38,389 nucleotides of DNA, from assembly GCA_002782605.1 (NCBI GenBank), contig PFIF01000184.1, positions 1-38,389 on the forward strand, written 5' to 3'. This document shows, piece after piece, positions 1 through 6,452 of this stretch. This stretch comes from Deltaproteobacteria bacterium CG_4_8_14_3_um_filter_43_13. GTDB lineage: Bacteria; Desulfobacterota; UBA8473. The position numbers and the translations under genes were made by a program. The number at the start of each line of letters is the position of its first letter. Positions within the stretch are counted from its first letter, which is position 1. A model generated the notes under the pieces. It ran no database searches and was not told where the DNA came from. It was given only the letters and a program-made list of their open reading frames with translations.

Positions 1-58
1 TTCCGGAATGAATAACTTCAGACCCCAAAGTGTAACTTAAATATCTTTAAAAATTGTC

Positions 59-754
59 TTGACAAATGGGTCCACCTTAGAATCCGCAACATCCACACTA
101 AACCAGGCTATCAATGCCCTAAAGTTTTACTACGGGACTGTCCTTAAGAAGAAATTTATATATGAGGTCAAAAGACCTCGGAAAGATAAAAAGCTGCCAA
201 TAGTTTTAAACAAAGAAGAAGTTACAAAAATCATTAATTCAGTAAATAATCTGAAACACAGGGCAATCCTGATGCTTGTATATTCTGCTGGATTGAGGGT
301 TGGAGAAGTGGTAAGATTAAAATTAGAAGATATCGACAACAAGAGGATGTTGATTCATATTAAAGGTGCAAAGGGTAGGAAGGACAGATATACAATGCTT
401 TCGGAGACAGCTCTGGACATTTTAAGGAAATACTGGAAGGAATATAAGCCTGTTAAATGGCTTTTTGAAGGAGCAAGAACAGGTAGATATTTATCCACAA
501 GAACAGTCGAGAAGATTTTAGAGTATGCCTGTGAAAAGGCCGGTATAAGAAAAGACGTTTCAGTACATACCCTAAGACATAGCTTTGCCACTCATTTACT
601 TGAAGGGGGAACTGATTTGAGATATATTCAAGAATTATTAGGACATACAAGCAGTAAAACAACTGAGATTTACACTCACGTAAGTACCAAGAGCATTGGA
701 AAAATAAAGAGTCCATTGGACACTTTAAAGCTTGAAGAAGGAGGTGGTGATTGA
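59..754 (+). CDS. Tyrosine (phage-integrase family) site-specific recombinase, probably 5'-truncated remnant
   Basis: ORF with a TTG start. The catalytic-domain motifs read directly: ...GLRVGEVVRLK..., HTLRHSFATHLLEGGTDLRYIQELLGH, TEIYTHV (R..HxxR..Y). Only about 45 aa precede the catalytic domain and an in-frame TAA lies at 38-40, so most of the core-binding N-domain is missing. There is no IntI-type insertion between the patch II and box II regions. Confidence 0.85.
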   Translation: MTNGSTLESATSTLNQAINALKFYYGTVLKKKFIYEVKRPRKDKKLPIVLNKEEVTKIINSVNNLKHRAILMLVYSAGLRVGEVVRLKLEDIDNKRMLIHIKGAKGRKDRYTMLSETALDILRKYWKEYKPVKWLFEGARTGRYLSTRTVEKILEYACEKAGIRKDVSVHTLRHSFATHLLEGGTDLRYIQELLGHTSSKTTEIYTHVSTKSIGKIKSPLDTLKLEEGGGD

Positions 755-800
755 CAAAAATTGTCAATGGTAGAGGGTTCTTTGGGATTCCGCCAGAGTT

Positions 801-866
801 GGTATATCCGAAGTACTTCGGATATCACCCCAAATTTAGGGGTATATCCGAACCTGTTCGGTTATA
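801..866. repeat. Two palindromes headed by the direct repeat GGTATATCCGAA
   Basis: GGTATATCCGAA occurs at 801-812 and 841-852. Positions 804-825 form a perfect 22-bp palindrome (ATATCCGAAGTACTTCGGATAT). Positions 843-866 form a 24-bp palindrome with one mismatched pair (core CCGAAC-ct-GTTCGG at 848-861). Confidence 0.7.
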
Positions 867-875
867 AACAAGTTA

Positions 876-884
876 TGTGATAAT
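876..884 (+). promoter_or_regulatory. Candidate extended -10 promoter element (TGtGATAAT) for the TA operon
   Basis: TGTGATAAT at 876-884 lies 38 nt upstream of the ATG at 923. The second palindrome (848-861) occupies the -35 position. This is a motif match only. Confidence 0.3.
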
Positions 885-922
885 GGGGTGCGTGAGGACA
901 GACAACAAATGAGAGGATATAG

Positions 923-1204
923 ATGTTTGACCGCATTTTGAAAGAGATGCGAGACAAGATACGTAGGCGGGAATACATAATGTCAATCCACGCTGAAGAG
1001 GAGATGAACGATGATGATCTGTCCATCTTTGATGTTGAAGGTTGTATTCTTACCGGAAAGATTTTGGAAAGACAGAAGGACAAAGTCACTGCCGAGTGGA
1101 AATATCGAATAAATGGACAATCTCTTTCCGGCGGTGAAGTTGAAGTTGTAGCCAAATTGAGTCCAACAGGCAAGTTGGTTATTATTACAGTATATGTGCC
1201 ATAA
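923..1204 (+). CDS. DUF4258-family protein (putative toxin of a type II TA pair)
   Basis: 93 aa, with a GAGAGGA ribosome-binding site before the ATG. The pattern ...YIMSIHAEEEMNDDDLSIFDVEGCILTGKILE... matches the DUF4258 layout as I recall it (H-A-x-E-x-M then a short beta-rich body). It sits 6 nt upstream of a zinc-ribbon partner gene. Confidence 0.65.
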   Translation: MFDRILKEMRDKIRRREYIMSIHAEEEMNDDDLSIFDVEGCILTGKILERQKDKVTAEWKYRINGQSLSGGEVEVVAKLSPTGKLVIITVYVP

Positions 1205-1228
1205 CCTTCTATGGAAGGAGGGAGAGAA

Positions 1229-1456
1229 ATGATTTGTGATAATTGTGGGAAACAAGGTGCGCGCATCCGCAGGGTTGCTAGGACTTACGGTAAGGGCAGG
1301 GACATATTGGTCATAGAAAATGTCCCTGTTATTACATGCCCACACTGCGGAGAAAGTTATCTTGAGGCAGAAACACTTCATGAAATTGAGCGTATTAAGT
1401 TGCACAAAAAAAGTTTTGCAGTTAATCGCTCAGTTCCAGTTGTCAATTTTGCTTAA
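1229..1456 (+). CDS. YgiT-type (MqsA N-terminal-like) zinc-ribbon protein, putative antitoxin lacking an HTH domain
   Basis: Two CxxC pairs are present (CDNCGK ... CPHCGE). GGAGG lies 8 nt before the ATG at 1229. The ORF track starts at 1211, which has no ribosome-binding site. The short length leaves no room for the MqsA C-terminal HTH. Confidence 0.65.
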   Translation: MICDNCGKQGARIRRVARTYGKGRDILVIENVPVITCPHCGESYLEAETLHEIERIKLHKKSFAVNRSVPVVNFA

Positions 1457-1480
1457 AGAAAATAATCCCGCACCCCACTC

Positions 1481-1605
1481 CACATAACAAGCGCACAGAC
1501 GGTTTAAAGAAAAAGAAGCGTAAATATTTGACGGCTGTCACGGTGCTTGCAGAGACAACCGACGCGCCAGCCGTCAAACATCGCCCGTGCGCAAAACGTT
1601 AGGCG
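1481..1605. repeat. Imperfect inverted-repeat element with attC-like termini
   Basis: The outer arms are CACATAACAAGCGCACAGACGG (1481-1502) and CCGTGCGCAAAACGTTAGGCG (1585-1605). They share TAAC / GCGCAC blocks in inverted orientation. An inner perfect 11-bp inverted repeat is TTTGACGGCTG (1527-1537) / CAGCCGTCAAA (1568-1578). Confidence 0.5.
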
Positions 1606-1634
1606 TCATTGGTCACCAAGTAAAAAGGAAATGA

Positions 1635-1842
1635 ATGACAATAGAAGGGATTAGGGATAAAATAAGGAAAAGAAGTTCTCATTATTACAGTATATGAACC
1701 TGATGAAACTGAATGGATTGATTATAGAGTCAGGAGGTGATTTAAAATGAGATGCGTTTTTTTGCGGGGGCAAGGTAGAAAAAAGTTTAAACCTGTAAAG
1801 ATTCTTGAAATTCCTGTATTTGATTTTGCTGAAAGTTGTTAA
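1635..1842 (+). pseudogene. Decayed second copy of the DUF4258 / zinc-ribbon TA cassette
   Basis: The ATG at 1635 gives MTIEGIRDKIRKR..., compare MRDKIRRRE in the intact toxin. A +1 frame from 1675 then gives VLIITVYEPDETEWIDYRVRR*, compare the intact C-terminus KLVIITVYVP. So there is an internal deletion and frameshift. AGGAGG then precedes the ATG at 1747, giving MRCVFLRGQG... One fewer T in the T7 run would read MRCVFCGGKVEK, a CxxC start. The second CxxC pair is absent. Confidence 0.5.
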
Positions 1843-1969
1843 GGTTGGAGACCAACGGTGTGTAACACGTTGCAAAAGACTTACATCCAAACCATTAGGG
1901 CTTCTTTTCTAACGGGAACGATACCCACCCCCAAGAATCCACGACAAAATTATAACTATTCGTAAATTC

Positions 1970-3664
1970 CTATATAACAATGCGGCGAATATATTCCTGG
2001 GCAGCCCGTTCCCATGAGAAACTACGCCTGATATGGTTTATCCCTTCTACCAGCATCCTGTAATACAGTTCAGGAGTATCTCTATAGACTTGAACACCAT
2101 CTACGATGCTGAGCATAAGCTCGCGGGCCATTGATCGAAAAAGAGGGTATCTCTTACGCTGTTCGACCCGGTCTAACCCTCTGCCTTTTATGTCATATTC
2201 GGCAGCGTTAATTCCTCTCCAATCATCAACGGCAGATTCTATGTTGTCTCTCTCTCGAAACAGGATTCCGGTGGGTGTGGCAGAAGCAGTGTGCCAGCGC
2301 TCGCTCCTGACCTGGACAGATCGGGTGAAGGACGAGGCAGATCGAAGGGGGACAATTTGCTGGACAATCCCTCCGGATGCTCGACCAATCCCAACAGTTC
2401 CATTCAAATAGAATTCGTTAGCCATTCCGAACGGCTCATATAGTGAGGGCATGACCCCATAGGCAGCTCCCTGTAGAGTAGCGAAAAAGCCCTCTTGAAA
2501 CAAAAAGGGAAGCACGAGGACACTTCCAGAAAATCTTTCCGACATCTTTTTCAAGAAGTATAAACCTTCCAACCCCTCATCTCCCGGGATTGGGAAGAAG
2601 AAAAATCGTGCTTTTCCCCCTTTTTCCAAAAACTCTGTAATCCCACTCGCTGCAACATCATAACCTTTCTGGCGGGGATCATCCCGCCCTGCCATGACAA
2701 ACCATGGAGAGTCATCTCGTCCAAACCTTTTAAGGTCACCCCAGATAGGTTTGTCTTCTGAAGGGACAAATCTATCCAGTGCATGAAGGGCTTCTTTTCT
2801 CCTGATAGTCTTCCATTCGTGCACCGTAGCGAAATTGCCCCGTATCATCTCAGCTAAGATGCCTTCATTAATTGCAAGGCTTGCAAAAAGACCGTTGTCA
2901 ACCCCAAAAAGCCTTGGTTTCAGAATGTCCTTGAGATGGGGTGCCATGACTTCAGCCTGGAGAGGATCTTCCGTTAGGTCCATGGCGAATTGGCTTGATA
3001 CGGTGAAGACATGCCGTTCGACAAGGGGCAGAGCCCGTTGCAGTATAGTTTCACCCGGGCAAGAGGCAGGATCAATTCCCACCTGTAAAAGGTCAGCATT
3101 TGTAACTCCGCTGTCATAGCTGTTGTGAAGCGTCAGATACAGCTCTTGATTCCTGTTCTCTCTAGTCAGAGCTAAGGCTGTGGTTGCTGCTTCCCAATCC
3201 TGTATCATGACCTTCCAATGGTCTGTCTGGTCTGTGTTGTCAAGTATGCGGGCTATAGTTGCACCGAAAAACAGGGAGTCCCTAAGCAGAATTCTTGAAA
3301 TCTCTTCCTGCGTCTCCCCTACGTCATACGGATGGCGTCTTCCTGCAAAGAACCGGCTATCTACTGGTTTTAAGAAGTACCATGCCCACTGGTATCGATT
3401 ATCATTGTATCGATAGACCTCTACAGGGACATTTTTATTGTCAAATGGGACATTAATGCTAGCCATGAGTTTGATCCTGTTATCCAGGGATGATATCTTC
3501 TCGATTTTGTAATGGAATGGCGTGATAACAATCGTATCCAGACCAGAGACTTTTTGAACATAGCCGGGTAGACGCCCCATTACTGCAGCAATCCCTCCGC
3601 AGGGAGCAAAGGGAGTCTCATATGTAACAAAGGCTAATTTCACAGACATCTGCTCTACCCTCAT
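1970..3664 (-). CDS. Divergent glycogen/starch-synthase-like glycosyltransferase (GT-B, GT5-like)
   Basis: These motifs align to GlgA landmarks. ETPFAPCGGIAAVM corresponds to KxGGL. QDWEAAT corresponds to HDWH. GVDNGL corresponds to NGID. AGRDDPRQKG corresponds to RLxxQKG. PSLYEPFGMANEF...GRASGGIVQQI corresponds to EPCGL...TGGL. At 564 aa it is longer than typical GlgA. The start may be the ATG at 3649 (MSVKL...). Confidence 0.75.
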   Translation of the reverse strand: MRVEQMSVKLAFVTYETPFAPCGGIAAVMGRLPGYVQKVSGLDTIVITPFHYKIEKISSLDNRIKLMASINVPFDNKNVPVEVYRYNDNRYQWAWYFLKPVDSRFFAGRRHPYDVGETQEEISRILLRDSLFFGATIARILDNTDQTDHWKVMIQDWEAATTALALTRENRNQELYLTLHNSYDSGVTNADLLQVGIDPASCPGETILQRALPLVERHVFTVSSQFAMDLTEDPLQAEVMAPHLKDILKPRLFGVDNGLFASLAINEGILAEMIRGNFATVHEWKTIRRKEALHALDRFVPSEDKPIWGDLKRFGRDDSPWFVMAGRDDPRQKGYDVAASGITEFLEKGGKARFFFFPIPGDEGLEGLYFLKKMSERFSGSVLVLPFLFQEGFFATLQGAAYGVMPSLYEPFGMANEFYLNGTVGIGRASGGIVQQIVPLRSASSFTRSVQVRSERWHTASATPTGILFRERDNIESAVDDWRGINAAEYDIKGRGLDRVEQRKRYPLFRSMARELMLSIVDGVQVYRDTPELYYRMLVEGINHIRRSFSWERAAQEYIRRIVI

Positions 3665-3676
3665 AACCTGCCCACT

Positions 3677-4939
3677 TCAGGCATTGTCAGCATCCACAGC
3701 TTTCAGAAGCTTAACATATATGTCTGGAATACTATAGAGGACGCGGTTCCAGGATGGGATTTGTGTATCCTCGTGTTTTTCTCCTGTCTCTTTCCACGTA
3801 GTCCACAGGAATTCGTGAAAGTACCATGCCGTGAGCTCTTCTTCATGACGATCAAAAACCAGGTCATTCACTTCTGCATCGTCGCTGTATTGCTTAATGA
3901 ATTTGAGGGCATTCTGATAGTAGGTTTGCCTCACCATTTCCACGAACGCATCATCAAGGACAACCCCGTTAGAGCGCATATAATTGAAATAAAATTTGGC
4001 GATATCTATTACCATGCGGTGAAGCCCTTTCGTCCTGTCGTCAGGCGAGAGAACCTGATGCTTGTGTTCGTAATTGGAAATGAGATCAATCTGGGCAATC
4101 TTTCGAGGGATAACCCTGTGGTAGACCTCCGAGAGGGTGCTTACCTCGAGTCCCCAATCGTAGGCGATATTTATCCCCCGAGCCAGACGCGCGGTGAAAC
4201 TAACCTCACCGGCTAAGGGATAATTGAATGTTCGGTGGTAATTAAAGAAAGATTCCAATTCGTGGTATCCACGGTCGTGCATGACCTGTTTCATAGTATC
4301 CACAAAGGGTATCACAAAGAGACGCGTAACTCGTCCCTTCATGGTTCGTTCTGTCGGAGAAATTCGCAGGTAGTATCCTTTGCAAAACTCAAAATCGTTG
4401 TTAGGATTTGCTGTAGGTTCAATGAGCCTTCCCAGAAGGAGTCGGTTATATGTAAGAATATCACAGTCATGAAGGGCTATCACATCGCTGTCCTCCCGGG
4501 CAAAGAGATAGCCCAGGGCAAGCCATACTGACTGCCCTTTCCCCTGGACACCGGTAGGGATTTTTCTTTCACTGATATCACTGAGTATACCCTGAATACG
4601 CAGACCATCGACCCATAGGATTTTGACATCCCTCTCAGGTGTAATTAGTTGTCCAAAGTATTCTTTTGCCTCTTTGAATTTGCTTTCCTCTATGGCACCT
4701 CCCAGAGCCACTACCACACTGTTGAGGTAGCGAACTTTCTGGATTTCATCCACTATTAGGTCAAGAACCTGGGGATTCAGCATCTCAGAATAAAGACACG
4801 GAAGAAGAAGGCTGATTCTGGTATGGCGGGAATACTCCTCAAGTTTCTGTTCAAGCCCTATGAGATATTCTTCACGGTCAAAGACATCATAGAGCGCATG
4901 GAGGGTGGTGATTATTCCTTCCTGGTGAAAATCTGACAT
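3677..4939 (-). CDS. Retaining GT-A glycosyltransferase, glucosyl-/mannosyl-3-phosphoglycerate-synthase-like
   Basis: The N-terminus is MSDFHQEGIITTLH. The motif GKGQSVW is followed by the DxD-type HDCDI. An AGGAGG ribosome-binding site precedes the start. The family assignment is from remembered GpgS-type N-termini and GKG..DxD spacing, and is not verified. It is 12 nt from the GlgA-like gene downstream, so likely in the same operon. Confidence 0.55.
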   Translation of the reverse strand: MSDFHQEGIITTLHALYDVFDREEYLIGLEQKLEEYSRHTRISLLLPCLYSEMLNPQVLDLIVDEIQKVRYLNSVVVALGGAIEESKFKEAKEYFGQLITPERDVKILWVDGLRIQGILSDISERKIPTGVQGKGQSVWLALGYLFAREDSDVIALHDCDILTYNRLLLGRLIEPTANPNNDFEFCKGYYLRISPTERTMKGRVTRLFVIPFVDTMKQVMHDRGYHELESFFNYHRTFNYPLAGEVSFTARLARGINIAYDWGLEVSTLSEVYHRVIPRKIAQIDLISNYEHKHQVLSPDDRTKGLHRMVIDIAKFYFNYMRSNGVVLDDAFVEMVRQTYYQNALKFIKQYSDDAEVNDLVFDRHEEELTAWYFHEFLWTTWKETGEKHEDTQIPSWNRVLYSIPDIYVKLLKAVDADNA

Positions 4940-5071
4940 GAAAAATTCCTCCTTTCTCGGTTGTAATCCACCAAGGATTGGTAGAATATGCTCAGGTTCA
5001 ACAGCATAGTTTTAATTAGAAATATAAACGGTGATTGTTATCGAGGGAGTAAAAAGGTCATTCAGCTCTGA

Positions 5072-5269
5072 CTAGGATTTTTTGGATGTAAGGATTCTCA
5101 AGAACCAGCCCGTAATCAGACCAACAATAAAGGCACTAAACAACAGAACGATTCTTGACATTGATATCTGCCAGAATAGAAACTTTACATCAATGACCTC
5201 AGTATTTTGAAGAAGAAAGATCACAAGGAGAGCTACCAAAACTAAAACGATTATGGTTTTGATTTTCAT
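5072..5269 (-). CDS. LapA-domain (DUF1049) small inner-membrane protein
   Basis: 65 aa with two TM helices and the pattern ...FLLQNTEVIDVKFLFWQISMSRIVLL...GLITGW, typical of LapA_dom proteins. Confidence 0.6.
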   Translation of the reverse strand: MKIKTIIVLVLVALLVIFLLQNTEVIDVKFLFWQISMSRIVLLFSAFIVGLITGWFLRILTSKKS

Positions 5270-5334
5270 CCGAAATGCACCTGCTCTGTCATTGCTAGCC
5301 TCGACAAGTCGGGGCGAAACAATTCCATCCTTTT

Positions 5335-5360
5335 CAACAGCACACTTAAGTGTGCTGTTG
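5335..5360. repeat. Perfect 11-bp stem hairpin with a TTAA centre (CAACAGCACAC-TTAA-GTGTGCTGTTG)
   Basis: Read directly from the sequence. It shares the CAACAGC...CTTAAG...GCTGTTG frame with the hairpin at 15897-15930. Confidence 0.7.
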
Positions 5361-5440
5361 TTGGGGCCGCTCGCCTATAGCGAACTCCCTCGCAAAGACA
5401 TTTTCCTTGTCCTTTGTGTTTCTTTGTAGATATAAGGGTT

Positions 5441-5746
5441 TCATTTCTTAAAAACACCAAAAAATTTATCTACCATGGATTTCTCAAGTTTTGACAGAGC
5501 TTCAAGCTCTCCAGCATCAAGCCATATACCTTCACATGAAAAGCATTTGTCTATTTTTATATTTCTGTAGTCAATCTCCGCAAGCTCCATCCCGCATTTG
5601 GGACACCTCATATAATGAAGTTTTTTCAGCCTGTCTTTTTCCCCTTCAGCCAGTTTCTTCTGCTGTTCTTCCATCATCTTCTTTTTCTTTTCCATCTCAA
5701 CTCTGATGAAATACTCTTCTTCGGATTCACTTGGTTTTCGTGGCAT
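5441..5746 (-). CDS. zf-TFIIB-type zinc-ribbon protein
   Basis: The C-terminal half is MRCPKCGMELAEIDYRNIKIDKCFSCEGIWLDAGELEAL. This is the CPxCG...C..C.GiWlD.gEL signature of PF13453-type proteins. The N-terminal half is Lys/Glu-rich and coiled. Confidence 0.7.
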   Translation of the reverse strand: MPRKPSESEEEYFIRVEMEKKKKMMEEQQKKLAEGEKDRLKKLHYMRCPKCGMELAEIDYRNIKIDKCFSCEGIWLDAGELEALSKLEKSMVDKFFGVFKK

Positions 5747-5826
5747 AGAAACCTCCTCAGTTCGAAACGTTATAATAAACAGGTATTATATTACCTTAGA
5801 ATAGATTTACACACAAGAAAAATATT

Positions 5827-5869
5827 CAAATCCTAATATCAAATATCGAAACAAATCCTAATATCAAAT
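5827..5869. repeat. 18-bp perfect direct repeat CAAATCCTAATATCAAAT x2 (period 25 bp)
   Basis: Copies lie at 5827-5844 and 5852-5869, in the AT-rich 283-bp region upstream of the zf-TFIIB gene. Confidence 0.8.
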
Positions 5870-5975
5870 GACCAAAATTCAAAACACAGTTTAGAACATT
5901 AGAATTTCGGAATTTGGATTTATTGTAAACATTTTAATGAATCGTACTACCAGGGGATATAAATGATGGGTAATT

Positions 5976-6009
5976 AAAAGGCATGGTCATACAAAGCCCC
6001 ATGCCTTTT
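5976..6009 (-). terminator. Candidate intrinsic terminator after the small secreted-protein gene
   Basis: AAAAGGCATGG (5976-5986) and CCATGCCTTTT (5999-6009) form an 11-bp stem with a 12-nt loop, about 20 nt past the stop at 6030. A/T tracts sit on both sides, so it has a bidirectional shape. Confidence 0.5.
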
Positions 6010-6029
6010 AATTTTTAACAGATTTGATA

Positions 6030-6356
6030 TTACTTGGAGATTGATTTGGCAGCCATAGTATCTTTGACGTAACTACATTTTACCTTATCGCCTACCTTAA
6101 TATCAGCCAGAGCCTTCTTTTCCTTACCTATCTTTACCACAGTCTCAGGAGCTACATTGAGGGTAATCTCCTCAGGAGTCTTCCCAGCCTTTTTAATCGT
6201 AATGGTACCGGCATCTACCTTTGTAACCTCACCCTTTGCCACAACTACTTTCTCTTTTGGGGCTTTGGCGTCTTTCTTTGCCTCTGCTGCGAAACTGACA
6301 CCAGCAAGAAATACCACGGTGATAATAAGTGCCAGAACATAAGATATTTTTCTCAT
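6030..6356 (-). CDS. Small secreted/periplasmic Lys-rich protein, function unknown
   Basis: 108 aa with a signal peptide, MRKISYVLALIITVVFLAGVSFA-AEA. A GGAGGTG ribosome-binding site precedes it. A sigma-54 type promoter lies about 50 nt upstream. Confidence 0.65.
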   Translation of the reverse strand: MRKISYVLALIITVVFLAGVSFAAEAKKDAKAPKEKVVVAKGEVTKVDAGTITIKKAGKTPEEITLNVAPETVVKIGKEKKALADIKVGDKVKCSYVKDTMAAKSISK

Positions 6357-6407
6357 TCTTCTTCACCTCCTTTCTAATAATGTATTAGTGTATAAGTATA
6401 AATAAAG

Positions 6408-6424
6408 AAGCAACTTTTATGCCT
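6408..6424 (-). promoter_or_regulatory. Sigma-54 (-24/-12) promoter
   Basis: The minus strand reads aGGCATaaaagTTGCTt. GG and GC are separated by exactly 10 nt, as in the consensus TGGCAC-N5-TTGCW. It sits between the sigma-54 activator gene and the small secreted-protein gene. Confidence 0.55.
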
Positions 6425-6452
6425 ATTTATAAATTGAAGGAAAATCAATGAG

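Noticed and set aside
1651-1890. The 79-aa minus-strand ORF.
   Set aside because: It is antisense to the decayed TA remnant, whose plus-strand similarity to the intact cassette explains the sequence better.
1-1969. A classical integron (IntI integrase plus attI plus cassette array).
   Set aside because: The recombinase at 59-754 lacks the IntI-specific insertion between the patch II and box II regions and is N-terminally truncated. I recognise no attI, and only one convincing attC-like element is present. I kept only the weaker idea of relic attC-like sites.
5266-5460. The 64-aa minus-strand ORF spanning the lapA / zf-TFIIB spacer.
   Set aside because: It overlaps both neighbouring gene ends, has no ribosome-binding site, and is built across the hairpin/repeat sequence. 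I treat the region as non-coding.
5747-6029. A second sigma-54 promoter for the zf-TFIIB gene.
   Set aside because: No GG-N10-GC element with TGGCA/TTGC context appears on the minus strand of this spacer.
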